This document shows, in pieces, positions 40,596-50,629 of a stretch of DNA of 64,000 nucleotides. A program made the position numbers and the translations under genes. The stretch is taken from the NCBI GenBank assembly GCA_965205505.1, contig CBDBHB010000009.1, positions 160,001 to 224,000 on the forward strand, written 5' to 3'. The DNA comes from Acidobacteriota bacterium (GTDB lineage Bacteria > Acidobacteriota > UBA890 > WLXD01). Position 1 is the first letter of the stretch. The number at the start of each line of letters is the position of its first letter. The notes below the pieces were generated by a model. That model was not told where the DNA came from and did not search any database. It saw nothing but the letters and a program-made list of their open reading frames with translations.

Positions 40596-40967
40596 GTGAA
40601 CGCACCCAACCGTAACTCGACTTCGGCCGCCGAGTTTCTGCCGCTGTCGGCGCGCGACTTCTACATCCTCTTCTTCCTCGCCCAGGGCGAGCGGCACGGC
40701 TACGGCCTGGTCAAGGCGATCGACGCGCACAGCGATGGTGCGGTGCGACTCGACCCCGCCAACCTCTACCGGGGGATCCAGCGATTGGTCGCCACGGGCC
40801 TGGTGGCCGACGGGCCGTGTCGAGCCACCGGCGACTCGCCACGCGAGCGCCGCTACTACCGCATTACCGAGCTCGGCCGCGAAGTAGTGGCGGCGGACGC
40901 TGTCCGCATGCGGGATCTCGTCGTCGCGGCAGCCGACAAGCGCCTCATTCCCGACTCCGAGGCCTGA
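40596..40967 (+). CDS. PadR-family transcriptional regulator
   Basis: GERHGYGLVK, PANLYRGIQRL, RRYYRITELG. Confidence 0.92.
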   Translation: MNAPNRNSTSAAEFLPLSARDFYILFFLAQGERHGYGLVKAIDAHSDGAVRLDPANLYRGIQRLVATGLVADGPCRATGDSPRERRYYRITELGREVVAADAVRMRDLVVAAADKRLIPDSEA

Positions 40968-40968
40968 G

Positions 40969-43677
40969 ATGCGGCCGCAGCCACCATTCCTCGAGATCTC
41001 CGCTCGGCTCTATGGCGCGTTGCTGCGGCTGCTTCCGGCCCCGTTGCGACGGGTGCGTCGCGCCGAGATGATGGAGCTATTCCGCGACCTGGTTCGCGAC
41101 GGCTACGGGCGCGCTGGGGCGCGCGGAGCTCTGTTGGCAGGGGTGCGCTGCTGCACCGGACTCGTACGAGTTGCCGCCGCCGAGCGACTGCGGCGACCCG
41201 ACCGAAATCCGCTCCGAATCGACACAGACTCGATGCTCATCCGTGTCCTCGGCGACCTGCGCCTGGCAGCCCGAACCCTGCGCCGCACGCCCGGTTTCAC
41301 GCTCGTGTCGGTGCTTACCCTCGCCCTCGGCATTGGCGCCACCACGGCGATCTTCAGCCTGGTCTATGGCGTCGTGATCCAGGGGCTGCCGTACGACGAG
41401 GCCGAGAACCTCGTGTTCATCGACCACAAGGCTCCGGTGGTGGGCTTCGACAGCGGTCTCGGATCGGGGCCCGGCCTGTACTGGCACTATTCGCGGTACG
41501 CGGAGTCGATTGAGCAGATTTCCTACTCGGAGCTCTACGAGGTAACGATTACGGGCGAAGGCCTCGAGCCGGCGTTGGTGTGGGCGGCGGAGGCAACCTC
41601 GGAGCTGTTTTCCGTGTTTCGGATCCGCCCTTTGCACGGCAGGCTCTTCACGGCCGACGATGACGTGCCCGACGGCGAACGGGTGGTGATCCTGAGCCAC
41701 GCTTACTGGCGGCGTCACTTCGGTGGCGACCCGACGGCGGTGGGCCGGGATCTCGAGGTCTCGGGGCGACGCTACCCGATCGTCGGCATCCTGCCGCCCG
41801 ACTTTCGCTACCTAAGCGTCGTCGAGCTCTTTCTGAGCAACCGCACGGACTTCGCCAACAACTTCGGCGGTTTCAACGGGCAGTCGATTGCGCGGGTGAA
41901 GGCCGGCACGTCGCTCGAGGCGCTGCGTATGGAGCTCGACCGCCACCTGGCGCAGATCGAGCGCAGCTATCCCGACCCCGCCATCACCACCATGCTGCGC
42001 GAGGCCGAGATCGGCGCCGTGCCGATCGACCTCAGAGCTTGGATCGTCGGACCCGTGGAGCAGCTTCTGTGGATTCTCATGGGTACCGTCGGCTTCCTGT
42101 TGCTGATCGCCAGCGCCAACGTCGCCAATTTGTTTCTGGTGCGCGCCGAGGGGCGCCATCGGGAGATCGCCGTGCGCCATGCGCTCGGCGCTAGCCGCGG
42201 CCAGGTGCTGCGGGGCTTCCTGGCCGAGAGCCTGTTGCTGTCGGGCATCGGGTGCGTGGCCGGTGTGTTGATCGCCAACGTGGGCGTTCAGTTCCTCCTG
42301 GGTAGGATCCCATTCGTTCTGCCCCGCGCCGAAGAGGTCGGAGTCAACGCCGTCGCGCTGGCCTTCGCGGTGGGCATCTCGATCGGATGTGGCCTCGTGT
42401 TCGCCTGCCTCCCGGTGTTGCGCGAAGGCGCCAACATCAACGACGTGCTGCGCGACGGCAGCCGGACCAGCACGGTGGGCGGGGCGCGCGTGCGCACCCG
42501 TCAAACGCTGGTCGTCGCCCAGATCGCGCTGTCGCTAGTGCTGCTGTCAGGTGCCGGGTTGATGGCGCGCAGCTTCGCCCGGCTGGCCGCCGTGCATCCG
42601 GGCTTCGAGTCAGGCAACGTGTTGACGTTCCAGCTTTCCCTGCCGGGCTCGCGCTACGCTGGCGACGTCGAGGCCGCTGCCTTTCACGATGCCCTGCTCG
42701 ATCGTCTGCGGGTTTTTCCGGGGGTCACCCAAGTGGGTGCGGTGCGAGACTTGCCGCTAACCTGGTCGGGCGGTGGGGACATCCTGATCAAGGAGAGCGA
42801 TCCTCCTGTCGACGGCGAGCTTCCGCCGATCATCTGGATGAACCGGGCCGCGCCCGACTACTTCAACACCCTGCGGATTCCCCTGATCGCCGGACGCACG
42901 ATCACGCGGGCCGATCACGACGAGGCGCGCCCGGTGATCGTCTTGAATCAGTCGGCGGTCGACGTTTTCTTCGCCGGCGAGAACCCGGTCGGCGAGCGTG
43001 TGGCCATCGGAATGGAGTACGATCCACGATGGCTCGAAGTGGTCGGCATCGTCGGTACCACCAAGCAGGAGACTCTGAGGGAGGTCCCGACCCCGATTGG
43101 ATTCTTGAGCATGGTCGAGGAGGGCTCAAACAGCGCGCGGCAGATGTCGTACGTGATCCGGGTGGATGGCGATCCCCTCAGTCTCGGTGAGGCGGTGCGC
43201 GCTGCGGTGCGCGAGGCCGATCGCGATCTGCCGATCATCCGTATGCGGAGCATGGCGCAGGTCGTCACCGAGGCCGGCGCTCCGATGGCGTTCACCATGG
43301 TCCTGCTGGGCCTCGCGGCGGGCCTCGCCGTGCTGCTGGGCAGCATCGGCGTCTACGGTGTGATCTCGCACATCGTCGGGCACCGCACCGGCGAGATCGG
43401 CATTCGCATGGCGCTCGGCGCCGCCGGGACGAACGTACGTCGAATGCTGCTACGCGAGGGCGCCGCGGTGGCCGCAATCGGGCTGGGTCTCGGGCTCGCC
43501 GGTACCTTCTTGCTGGTCCAGACGATGGAGTCGCAACTCTACGATGTCGATCCCTTCGATCCGCTAACGCATGCAACCACCAGCCTGGTTATCCTCGGCA
43601 TCGTCCTGCTGGCAACCTGGATACCCGCACTGCGCGCGTCGCGCATCGAGCCGGTGGTGGCGCTGCGGGCGGAATAA
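40969..43677 (+). CDS. ADOP-family duplicated ABC permease (MacB/FtsX-like)
   Basis: LTLALGIGATTAIFS, ANVANLFLVR..REIAVRHALGA, EIGIRMALGA, PVVALRAE. Confidence 0.95.
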   Translation: MRPQPPFLEISARLYGALLRLLPAPLRRVRRAEMMELFRDLVRDGYGRAGARGALLAGVRCCTGLVRVAAAERLRRPDRNPLRIDTDSMLIRVLGDLRLAARTLRRTPGFTLVSVLTLALGIGATTAIFSLVYGVVIQGLPYDEAENLVFIDHKAPVVGFDSGLGSGPGLYWHYSRYAESIEQISYSELYEVTITGEGLEPALVWAAEATSELFSVFRIRPLHGRLFTADDDVPDGERVVILSHAYWRRHFGGDPTAVGRDLEVSGRRYPIVGILPPDFRYLSVVELFLSNRTDFANNFGGFNGQSIARVKAGTSLEALRMELDRHLAQIERSYPDPAITTMLREAEIGAVPIDLRAWIVGPVEQLLWILMGTVGFLLLIASANVANLFLVRAEGRHREIAVRHALGASRGQVLRGFLAESLLLSGIGCVAGVLIANVGVQFLLGRIPFVLPRAEEVGVNAVALAFAVGISIGCGLVFACLPVLREGANINDVLRDGSRTSTVGGARVRTRQTLVVAQIALSLVLLSGAGLMARSFARLAAVHPGFESGNVLTFQLSLPGSRYAGDVEAAAFHDALLDRLRVFPGVTQVGAVRDLPLTWSGGGDILIKESDPPVDGELPPIIWMNRAAPDYFNTLRIPLIAGRTITRADHDEARPVIVLNQSAVDVFFAGENPVGERVAIGMEYDPRWLEVVGIVGTTKQETLREVPTPIGFLSMVEEGSNSARQMSYVIRVDGDPLSLGEAVRAAVREADRDLPIIRMRSMAQVVTEAGAPMAFTMVLLGLAAGLAVLLGSIGVYGVISHIVGHRTGEIGIRMALGAAGTNVRRMLLREGAAVAAIGLGLGLAGTFLLVQTMESQLYDVDPFDPLTHATTSLVILGIVLLATWIPALRASRIEPVVALRAE

Positions 43678-43681
43678 CCGT

Positions 43682-43856
43682 CTAGCAGGCCGTGGTGAAA
43701 GTATGGTGGGTCTGGTTACGGCGACAGGGGGTTGCGCGCGTATGCTGCGTCGTTCCTCGTCAACGATGGGGTAACCATCGTCTCCTCCTCTCTCCTTGCC
43801 TCCACTTCGCAAGACCCTGTCGCCAGACCCACCACACTTTCACCACGGCCTGCTAG
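43682..43856. repeat. MITE-like element B with long terminal IRs flanked by CTAG
   Basis: CTAG-CAGGCCGTGGTGAAAGT..ACTTTCACCACGGCCTG-CTAG; about 45-bp imperfect IR. Confidence 0.85.
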
Positions 43857-44032
43857 CTGCCTGCGCTCGGGATGGTGGCTTGGCGCCGGCGCAGTCGATA
43901 CAGCCCGTACAGCCCGATCACCACCGCTGCGAGGCTGGTTACTTGCGGCACCGGCGGGCCACCAGCCCACAGGTAGAGCCGCGGGTCAGCACGGAAGAAC
44001 TCGTTGACGAACCGAATCGCGCCGTAGTGGCA
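43853..44032 (-). pseudogene. Lgt-like protein C-terminal remnant
   Basis: YGAIRFVNEFFRADPR..QVTSLAAVVIGLYGLYRLRRR. Confidence 0.65.
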
Positions 44033-44035
44033 TTC

Positions 44036-44731
44036 GATCTGCGGATGCCAGCGGAAGACGAGCTGGCGCTGAGCGCCGACACGCAGCTGTCACCTCACCT
44101 CGCCTGGCACTTCCCGCGCCAGGCCGACTTCTATAACCAGCGCTACCTCACCTTCCGCCACGCCGATGCCGAGGAGCGGCGACGGTGGATCGCCTCACTC
44201 CGCCGGCTGGCCGCCAAGCTGACGTTCAAGTACGGGCGTCGACTGCTGTTCAAGTCGCCGTTGCACACCGCCCGCGTGCCCCTCTTGCTGGAGGCCTTCC
44301 CCGACGCCCGATTTGTCCATCTTCACCGCGATCCCTATCGCGTCTACCAGTCGACCCGCTACATGGAGCTCGAGGTGGAGCCGTTCTACCGTTACCAACG
44401 CGGTCGTCCGGACACCCTCGAGGATCGCATCCTCCGACGCTACCGCCTGCTGTACGAGGCGTACCTGAGCGACCGCGCACAAATACCCGCCGGGCGCCTG
44501 GTAGAGGTCGGGTTCGACGCGCTCGAGAGGGAGCCGATGGCAACTCTGGAGCACGTCTATCGGGGCCTGCAGATACCGGGCTTCGCCGCCGCGATGCCCG
44601 CGCTGGAACGCTACCTGGCATCGGTGCGTGACTATCGCAAGAATGTCTACGGCAAGCTCGACGCCGACGCCGCAGCGCGCGTGCGGCAGCAATGGGGCTT
44701 TGCCTTCGAGGCGTTCGGCTACCGGCGCTAG
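44036..44731 (+). pseudogene. Sulfotransferase, 5' half missing
   Basis: PAEDE, LLFKSPLHTAR, PDARFVHLHRDPY; no RSGTT loop. Confidence 0.8.
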
Positions 44732-44779
44732 CGCGATCCGGAAGGCCAGTGCGCCTCCGCCGCCGCCGATGATTGCGCG

Positions 44780-45533
44780 CTAGTCCGGCGTCCCGAACTC
44801 CCGGTTCGAGCCTGTTCGGTTCCCGCTTCTCTCCATCGCGAGCACCTCGAACTTGTACGCAGTTCCGGCGTCCAGGAACTCGGGTGGGACGGTGATGGTT
44901 GTTGTCGTGGGTGCCAAGTCGGCGGAGAAAGTGCGCCCATTGCTTGTATTCCAGATCGTCACGCAATAGCCGGTGATTCTGCTGCCGGGTGGGTTTGGGA
45001 CCCGTTGCCACTGGAAGATGGCCCAATTCGGGTTCACTAGCTCTCCCGGAGCCGGAAAGTCGATTTGAGGCGCACCTGGAAGCGCGTGGGTCAACCTCGA
45101 CTTGCCGTTCAGCTTCTTTCCTCCCGTCGTCGTCCCCCTGAACTTGTACTCGCCTTCGGGGAAGAGCGCCAGCAGCTCCTCGAGCGTTTGTACGTCGAAC
45201 GACGGCTCGGCGCTCTCGAAAAAGAGATCGGTGATGCCCTGCACGCCAATGGCGCCGTCCGCCGTTACGTCGAACAGCGTAGTGCCCTCCGGATCGGTAA
45301 GGCTCATCGAGTCAACCCTCGCCGTCGAGGAACAGTTGGATCCCGGCATCTCCGTCGGTGTCGTTGATCTGGATGAAGATGGCGCTATCGTTCAACCGAA
45401 TCTTCGCCGCGCGCCGCGTCTCCGTCTGGCCCGGCGTCTTGCTTGTCGCACCTGCGCCCAACAAACCCATCGCGAGCGCTGCACAAATCAGCATCAACCT
45501 GATCCGTCCGATACATGAGCCCTCTGTTCGCAT
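44780..45533 (-). pseudogene. Exported hypothetical protein (Fn3-like C-terminus), 1-nt frameshift near 45314
   Basis: Signal + INDTDGDAGIQLFLDGEG continues as DSMSLTDPEG in an adjacent frame. Confidence 0.65.
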
Positions 45534-45674
45534 CACAACCCCTTTGGTTCTCAGCCCTGCGATTGACAAAGCGACGGCCTCTCCGGCTCGTCGAGGGCGC
45601 GAGTCAAACACAGATCGGCGGCACCCTCCAGAGATCCACCAGACGCGGCGGCCCGCGAAGATCGACGCCCGACG

Positions 45675-46460
45675 CTACATCGCCGTGGTGCTGAGCCCCG
45701 CGTCGACGTAGTGCACTTCGCCGGTGACCCCCTTGGCGAGGTCGGAGAGCAAATACAGGCCGGCGGCTCCGACGTCGTCGGTGTCGACGTTGCGGCGTAG
45801 CGGCGCCCGCTCCGCCATGGCGGCAAGCATTCCCCGTAGTCCCGAAACACCGGAGGCGGCGAGCGTCTTGATGGGGCCGGCGGAGATGGCGTTGACGCGG
45901 ATGTTCTTCTCACCCAGGTCCAGCGCCAGGTACCGGACGGCGGCCTCGAGCCCGGCCTTGGCGATACCCATGACGTTGTAATTGGGGACTGCCTTGACGG
46001 AGCCGTAGTAGGTCATCGCCACGATGCTGCCGCCGTCGGTCATCAACGGCTCGGCCTTGCGGGCCAGCAGCAGCAGCGAGTACACGCTGATCTCCATCGC
46101 CTTGAGGAAGCCCTCCCGCGAGGTGTCGATGGTGCGCCCCCTGAGGTCCTCGCGCTCGGCGTAGGCGATGGAGTGCACCAGGAAGTCGAGGCCGCCGAGG
46201 CCGTCTTGCACCTGGACGAAGGCGTCGTCCACCTGGGCCTCGTCGGTGACGTCCATGGGCACCAGCACGTCGCTACCGATCGACTCGGCCAGCGGCTGCA
46301 CGCGCTTGAGCAGCGCGTCGCCCTGGTAGGTGAACGCCAGTCGTGCCCCGGCCGCGGCCGCACGGCGGGCGATGCCCCAAGCAATCGACCGGTGGTTGGC
46401 CACGCCGACGATCAGGCCCTTCTTGCCGGCCAGGAGGTCGGTTGCCGGGATGTCGCTCAT
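45675..46460 (-). CDS. fabI: Enoyl-ACP reductase
   Basis: [40 protein letters not shown]. Confidence 0.97.
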   Translation of the reverse strand: MSDIPATDLLAGKKGLIVGVANHRSIAWGIARRAAAAGARLAFTYQGDALLKRVQPLAESIGSDVLVPMDVTDEAQVDDAFVQVQDGLGGLDFLVHSIAYAEREDLRGRTIDTSREGFLKAMEISVYSLLLLARKAEPLMTDGGSIVAMTYYGSVKAVPNYNVMGIAKAGLEAAVRYLALDLGEKNIRVNAISAGPIKTLAASGVSGLRGMLAAMAERAPLRRNVDTDDVGAAGLYLLSDLAKGVTGEVHYVDAGLSTTAM

Positions 46461-46469
46461 TGCAGCTCG

Positions 46470-46583
46470 CTACTTCTTGGAGCCGCTGGTCTGCTTCTTC
46501 TTACTCGTGGCCTTCGGCCGCTTCTTGCCGTGCGAGCCCATGAATATCTTGCCGCGCTTGGTGCGCGGGTCACCCTTACCCAA
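46470..46583 (-). CDS. thx: 30S ribosomal protein THX (bTHX)
   Basis: Missed by the ORF track. AAGGAG + TTG; MGKGDPRTKRGKIFMGSHGKKRPKATSKKKQTSGSKK*. Confidence 0.9.
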   Translation of the reverse strand: MGKGDPRTKRGKIFMGSHGKKRPKATSKKKQTSGSKK

Positions 46584-46808
46584 GGTGGTTCTCCTTGTCG
46601 GTCGTTAATGGCGTGGAACCAGCCCGGGAAGGATAGCCGATAGGGTCAGCATCATGCTCGCGCCGGGCGCGTTCGTGATCCAGACCGACGGATCGTTGGT
46701 GTCCCTCGGTGAGGAAGCGAGTCTACCGGAAGAGCCCGGCGCGGTGGGAGTAGCAGCGAGGCAGGTTAGTCCTCTCGTGTTGCGTGGACGCGGACGCTCT
46801 GCCTCGGG

Positions 46809-47429
46809 TCAGATGAGCGGCGGCAGCAGGAACCAGCTACGCGCCTTGTAGGCCTCGAACTCCGGGTAGCGCGCCAGCGAGCGATCCTTTTTGAGCATGT
46901 TGGGGATCCACACCGCCACCAGGAACAGCGCGATCACCAGCAGCGGCAGCCAGTGCATGGCGAGCAGCCCGAAGCCCAGGTAGATGAGCAGCTCGCCCAG
47001 GTAGTTGGGGTTGCGGCAGCGGGCCCAAAGGCCGGTGTGCACCAGCTGGTCGGGGCGCAGCTGCAGCGCGATGTTCTTGTGCATGTCGGAGGCGAAGTGC
47101 AGAAACACGCCGAAGCCCCACAGGGCGACGCAGGCGGCCACGTACCAGGGCGGGGGCGCCACGCTGCCTGAAGTCACGATCCACGGCGCGATCCAGTAGA
47201 GCGACAGCCCAGCCCAAATCATCAGGCCGTACACCACAGAGCTGCGCTCCTCCCAGCTCTTGTCGGGAAAGGTGCGGCTCTTGCAGACCCACAGCAGGCC
47301 GTAAGTGCCATGCAGGGCGAGATAGATCCACGCGGCGAGGTGATCCCAAGAGGAGTGCCAGGCCATCATGCCAAGGACGGCGGGGCCGGTGATGACTTTG
47401 TGGGTGTCGATGAAGTGGCGTTGTCGCAT
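46809..47429 (-). CDS. DUF1295/steroid 5-alpha-reductase-like membrane protein
   Basis: Multi-TM; SDMHK, GLWARCRNPNYLGE. Confidence 0.85.
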   Translation of the reverse strand: MRQRHFIDTHKVITGPAVLGMMAWHSSWDHLAAWIYLALHGTYGLLWVCKSRTFPDKSWEERSSVVYGLMIWAGLSLYWIAPWIVTSGSVAPPPWYVAACVALWGFGVFLHFASDMHKNIALQLRPDQLVHTGLWARCRNPNYLGELLIYLGFGLLAMHWLPLLVIALFLVAVWIPNMLKKDRSLARYPEFEAYKARSWFLLPPLI

Positions 47430-47935
47430 CTGGCCTACTTCAGCGCGATTCCCGGAATGTAGTTGATCTCGCCGGTGTCGCGCTCCTCGAGCAGGTAAGT
47501 GAACACGGGTCCGGACCTGGAGATCTTGGCGTCGACGTACAAGTCATCCACCTGGCCGCGGCTCGCCAGGCGGCTCGGGAACTGAACGCTCGCCGTCTGG
47601 TTCGGCTCCACCATCACGGTCTTTGAGAACACCCGGTCGCCGTTGCCGACCCCAGCACCATCACGACTGCCAGCAGAAGCGCCCGCGCCGCGGTCGCGCT
47701 CCGTTTGCGGCCGGCGCGGAAGGTTCGTTCACCGTTCACCATGGAACCCGGTGCGTTCACTGTTCACCTCACGTGCTCTCGTCGGTCATCGGCGACGCTG
47801 CGATGGCTCGGCAAGGATAGCCGATCCTGCCGCGCCACCTCAGATGCCAGGTAGAGATCCTGGACAAGGCCGCGGGTCTTTGTTTGGATGCCGCATCGTG
47901 ACGATGGCTAGAGCGACCAGCGCAACCGACGGCGG

Positions 47936-49393
47936 GTGCCGACCGTGATCCGAACCGGCGAGCAGTACATCGAGTCGATTCGCGACGATCGCGAGGTGTG
48001 GATCGACGGCGAGCGGGTCGACGACGTCGCCACGCATCCGGCGTTCAAGCCGATTGTCGACGTGCGCGCGCGCATCTATGACATGGCGCATGACGAGCAG
48101 TACCGCCAGGTGATGAGCTACGTCGACGACGACACGAACGAGACCAACGCCATCGCGCTCAAGCTACCGAAGGAGGAGCAAGACTGGCGCGACAAGCGCC
48201 GCGCGGTCGACACGGTGATGCTGGAGATCGGTGGCGTGGTAACTCGGGTCGGCGACGAGACCATCGGCGAGATGTGGTTGTTGTTCGACGGCAGCGATGT
48301 GCTCGCCGAGATCGATTCGCAGTTCGCCAGCAACATCGAGCGGCACATCCAGCACGCGCTGCGTGGCGATGCGTTCCATGTGTCGGCCAACACCGATCCG
48401 AAGGGCGACCGCTCGAAGGCGCCGCAGGACCAGGATCCGGACATGCTGCTGCACGTGGTGCGCGAGACCGATGCCGGCATCGTCGTGCGGGGCGCCAAGT
48501 ACGAGACCGCGTCGGCGTACTCGAACCAGGCTTTCGCCAAGCCGACGATCGCCAACTGGGGCGATGCGGAGCTGTCCGACTACGCCGTTGGCTTCATCGT
48601 GCCGATGAACGCTCAGGGCCTCAAGCACCTGTGCCGGTCGAGCTTTGCCGAGCGCGGCTCAGCAGTCGACTACCCGATCGCCAGTTGCTTCGACGAGGTC
48701 GACACGTTGATGATCTTCGACGACGTGCTGATCCCGTGGGAGGACGTGCTCTTCCACCGTCACACGCGCGCCGCGGTCTTCATTCGCGCCACGCTGCATC
48801 GCTATAGCGCCTTCCCCTTCGTACAGCGGATTCTGACGATCGCCGACCTGTTGATCGGCACGGCGCTGTTCAATGTTCGACAGACCGGCACCGACAAACA
48901 GCAGGCGGTGCGCGAGAAGCTCGCCACGATGGCCTGCTATCGAGAAGGGATCAACGCCCACCTGACGGCATCGATCGCGCTCGGTGAGCGCAGCCCAGCC
49001 GGTCTGATGATGCCCAATCAGTCGCTGCTCTACACCGGCCGTGTGCTGGCCTGTAGCCAGCTCCCCGCCATGGTGCACCTCGCCCGTGAGCTATGCGGCG
49101 GCCAGATTTGCGTCACCCCCGACAGTCGATCGTTCGCCGCAGCCGAGATCGGACCGTGGCTGAAGAAGTACTACAGCGTCAACGAGAACTGGGTTGCGGA
49201 GGATCGCCGCAAGCTGCTTGCCTACGCGCGCGATCTGATCAACTCCGACCACGCCGGACATCGGGTGACCTTCGAGCTGTTCGCCCAATCGCCGCCGTTC
49301 GCACACCTGGCTGCCGTCTACAACAACTTCGACTTCTCTGGCCCGCTAGATCTAGTCAAGAAGGCGGCCGGGTTGTCTGATCAAGTGTCGTAG
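47936..49393 (+). CDS. 4-hydroxyphenylacetate 3-hydroxylase (HpaB/PvcC)-family flavin monooxygenase
   Basis: TGEQYIESIRDDREVWIDGERV..HPAF, GIVVRGAK, FDEVD..FDDVLIPWE. Confidence 0.9.
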   Translation: MPTVIRTGEQYIESIRDDREVWIDGERVDDVATHPAFKPIVDVRARIYDMAHDEQYRQVMSYVDDDTNETNAIALKLPKEEQDWRDKRRAVDTVMLEIGGVVTRVGDETIGEMWLLFDGSDVLAEIDSQFASNIERHIQHALRGDAFHVSANTDPKGDRSKAPQDQDPDMLLHVVRETDAGIVVRGAKYETASAYSNQAFAKPTIANWGDAELSDYAVGFIVPMNAQGLKHLCRSSFAERGSAVDYPIASCFDEVDTLMIFDDVLIPWEDVLFHRHTRAAVFIRATLHRYSAFPFVQRILTIADLLIGTALFNVRQTGTDKQQAVREKLATMACYREGINAHLTASIALGERSPAGLMMPNQSLLYTGRVLACSQLPAMVHLARELCGGQICVTPDSRSFAAAEIGPWLKKYYSVNENWVAEDRRKLLAYARDLINSDHAGHRVTFELFAQSPPFAHLAAVYNNFDFSGPLDLVKKAAGLSDQVS

Positions 49394-49398
49394 CCCAC

Positions 49399-49833
49399 AT
49401 GAGCCATCTGAGGTTGCGCAAGTTCAACACTCGCGACACCTATCCCGACCAGGATCTCGACAACGACCTGTGCCAGGTTGTCGTCGCCGGCAACATCGTG
49501 TTCCTGCGCGGGCAGGTGGGCACCGATCTGGATGGCAACACCGTGGGAATCGGTGATTGTGCCGCTCAGGCCGATCAAGCGATGCGCAACGTCGCTCAGC
49601 TGCTTCAGGAAGCTGGCAGTGAGCTGGCCGATGTTTGCAAGATCACCGTCTACCTCACCGATCGGGACTACCGAGGGCCGGTGTATCGCACGATCGGTCG
49701 CTGGTTGAAGGGCGTCTTTCCGGTGTCCACGGGGCTCATCGTCGACGGTCTCGCGTCGACCGATTGGCTCGTCGCGATCGACGTCATTGCGGTGATTTCG
49801 GAGACCCAGATCGCCGACGGCGCAGACGGATGA
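49399..49833 (+). CDS. Rid-family protein (no catalytic Arg)
   Basis: RKFNTRDTYPDQDLDNDLCQ, VFLRGQVG, FPVSTG. Confidence 0.9.
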   Translation: MSHLRLRKFNTRDTYPDQDLDNDLCQVVVAGNIVFLRGQVGTDLDGNTVGIGDCAAQADQAMRNVAQLLQEAGSELADVCKITVYLTDRDYRGPVYRTIGRWLKGVFPVSTGLIVDGLASTDWLVAIDVIAVISETQIADGADG

Positions 49834-50501
49834 CGATGTCGATCGCGGCTCGTTGCTCGCGCACTGGAATGGTCGGGGTGACGGTGTCGTCGTCGAGCAT
49901 CTGTGTGGCGGCTCGCTGCGCCTTCGTGCGCGCTGGTGCCGGCGCCGCCCTGAGCCAGAACATCACCGATCCGAGCCTCGGTGAGCGCGCTCTCGATCTG
50001 CTGGAGCAGGGGAGGGATGCCGAACAAGCGCTCGGCGCCGTGGTGGACTCCGCTGAGCACGCCGCCTGGCGGCAGCTGGCCGTTGTCGACACGGCCGGCA
50101 GGGTGGCGCACTTCAACGGCGAACGTACGTTGGGGCTACACGCGGCGGCGGAGGGGAGGAACTGCGTCGCGATTGGCAACCTGCTGGCCGACGATCGAGT
50201 CCCCGCGGCGATGGTCCGGGGCTTCGAGTCGGCCAACGGTCATCTCGCAGCGCGGCTGCTGGCTGCCATAGAGGCGGGTCTGGCAGCAGGTGGCGAAGAG
50301 GGCCCGGTGCGCTCCGCCGGGCTGCTGGTGGCCCACCAGGTATCGTGGCCAATCGTTGATCTGCGCGTCGACTGGGACACCGACCCGGTACCGCAGCTGG
50401 GAGTTCTGTGGCGTGAGTACGAGCCGCAACTGGAATCCTATGTTACCCGTGCCCTGGACCCGAGCGAGGCACCGTCGTACGGCGTGCCGGGCGATCCCTG
50501 A
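49830..50501 (+). CDS. DUF1028 (Ntn-hydrolase-like) protein
   Basis: MTMSIAARC..VSSSSICVAARC, GNLLA, AGGEEGPVRSA, DLRVD; ATGA coupling to the Rid gene. Confidence 0.9.
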   Translation: MTMSIAARCSRTGMVGVTVSSSSICVAARCAFVRAGAGAALSQNITDPSLGERALDLLEQGRDAEQALGAVVDSAEHAAWRQLAVVDTAGRVAHFNGERTLGLHAAAEGRNCVAIGNLLADDRVPAAMVRGFESANGHLAARLLAAIEAGLAAGGEEGPVRSAGLLVAHQVSWPIVDLRVDWDTDPVPQLGVLWREYEPQLESYVTRALDPSEAPSYGVPGDP

Positions 50502-50504
50502 CCG

Positions 50505-50627
50505 ATGCTGATGCGCCCGCTGGGTCACCTCAACGTGCTGTCGCCGCCGTTGATTCTCACCCTCGAGCAGATCGACACGATCTTCAGGGTCCTGCGTTCA
50601 TGCGGCCTGGCCGTAGACAAGAGGTAG
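50505..50627 (+). pseudogene. Class-III aminotransferase C-terminal remnant
   Basis: MRPLGHLNVLSPPLILTLEQIDTIFRVLR. Confidence 0.7.
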
Positions 50628-50629
50628 CA

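Noticed and set aside
47738-47752. Fifth kinase 5' stub (CCATGGAACCCGG)
   Set aside because: The match ends after 4 codons and has no promoter motif.
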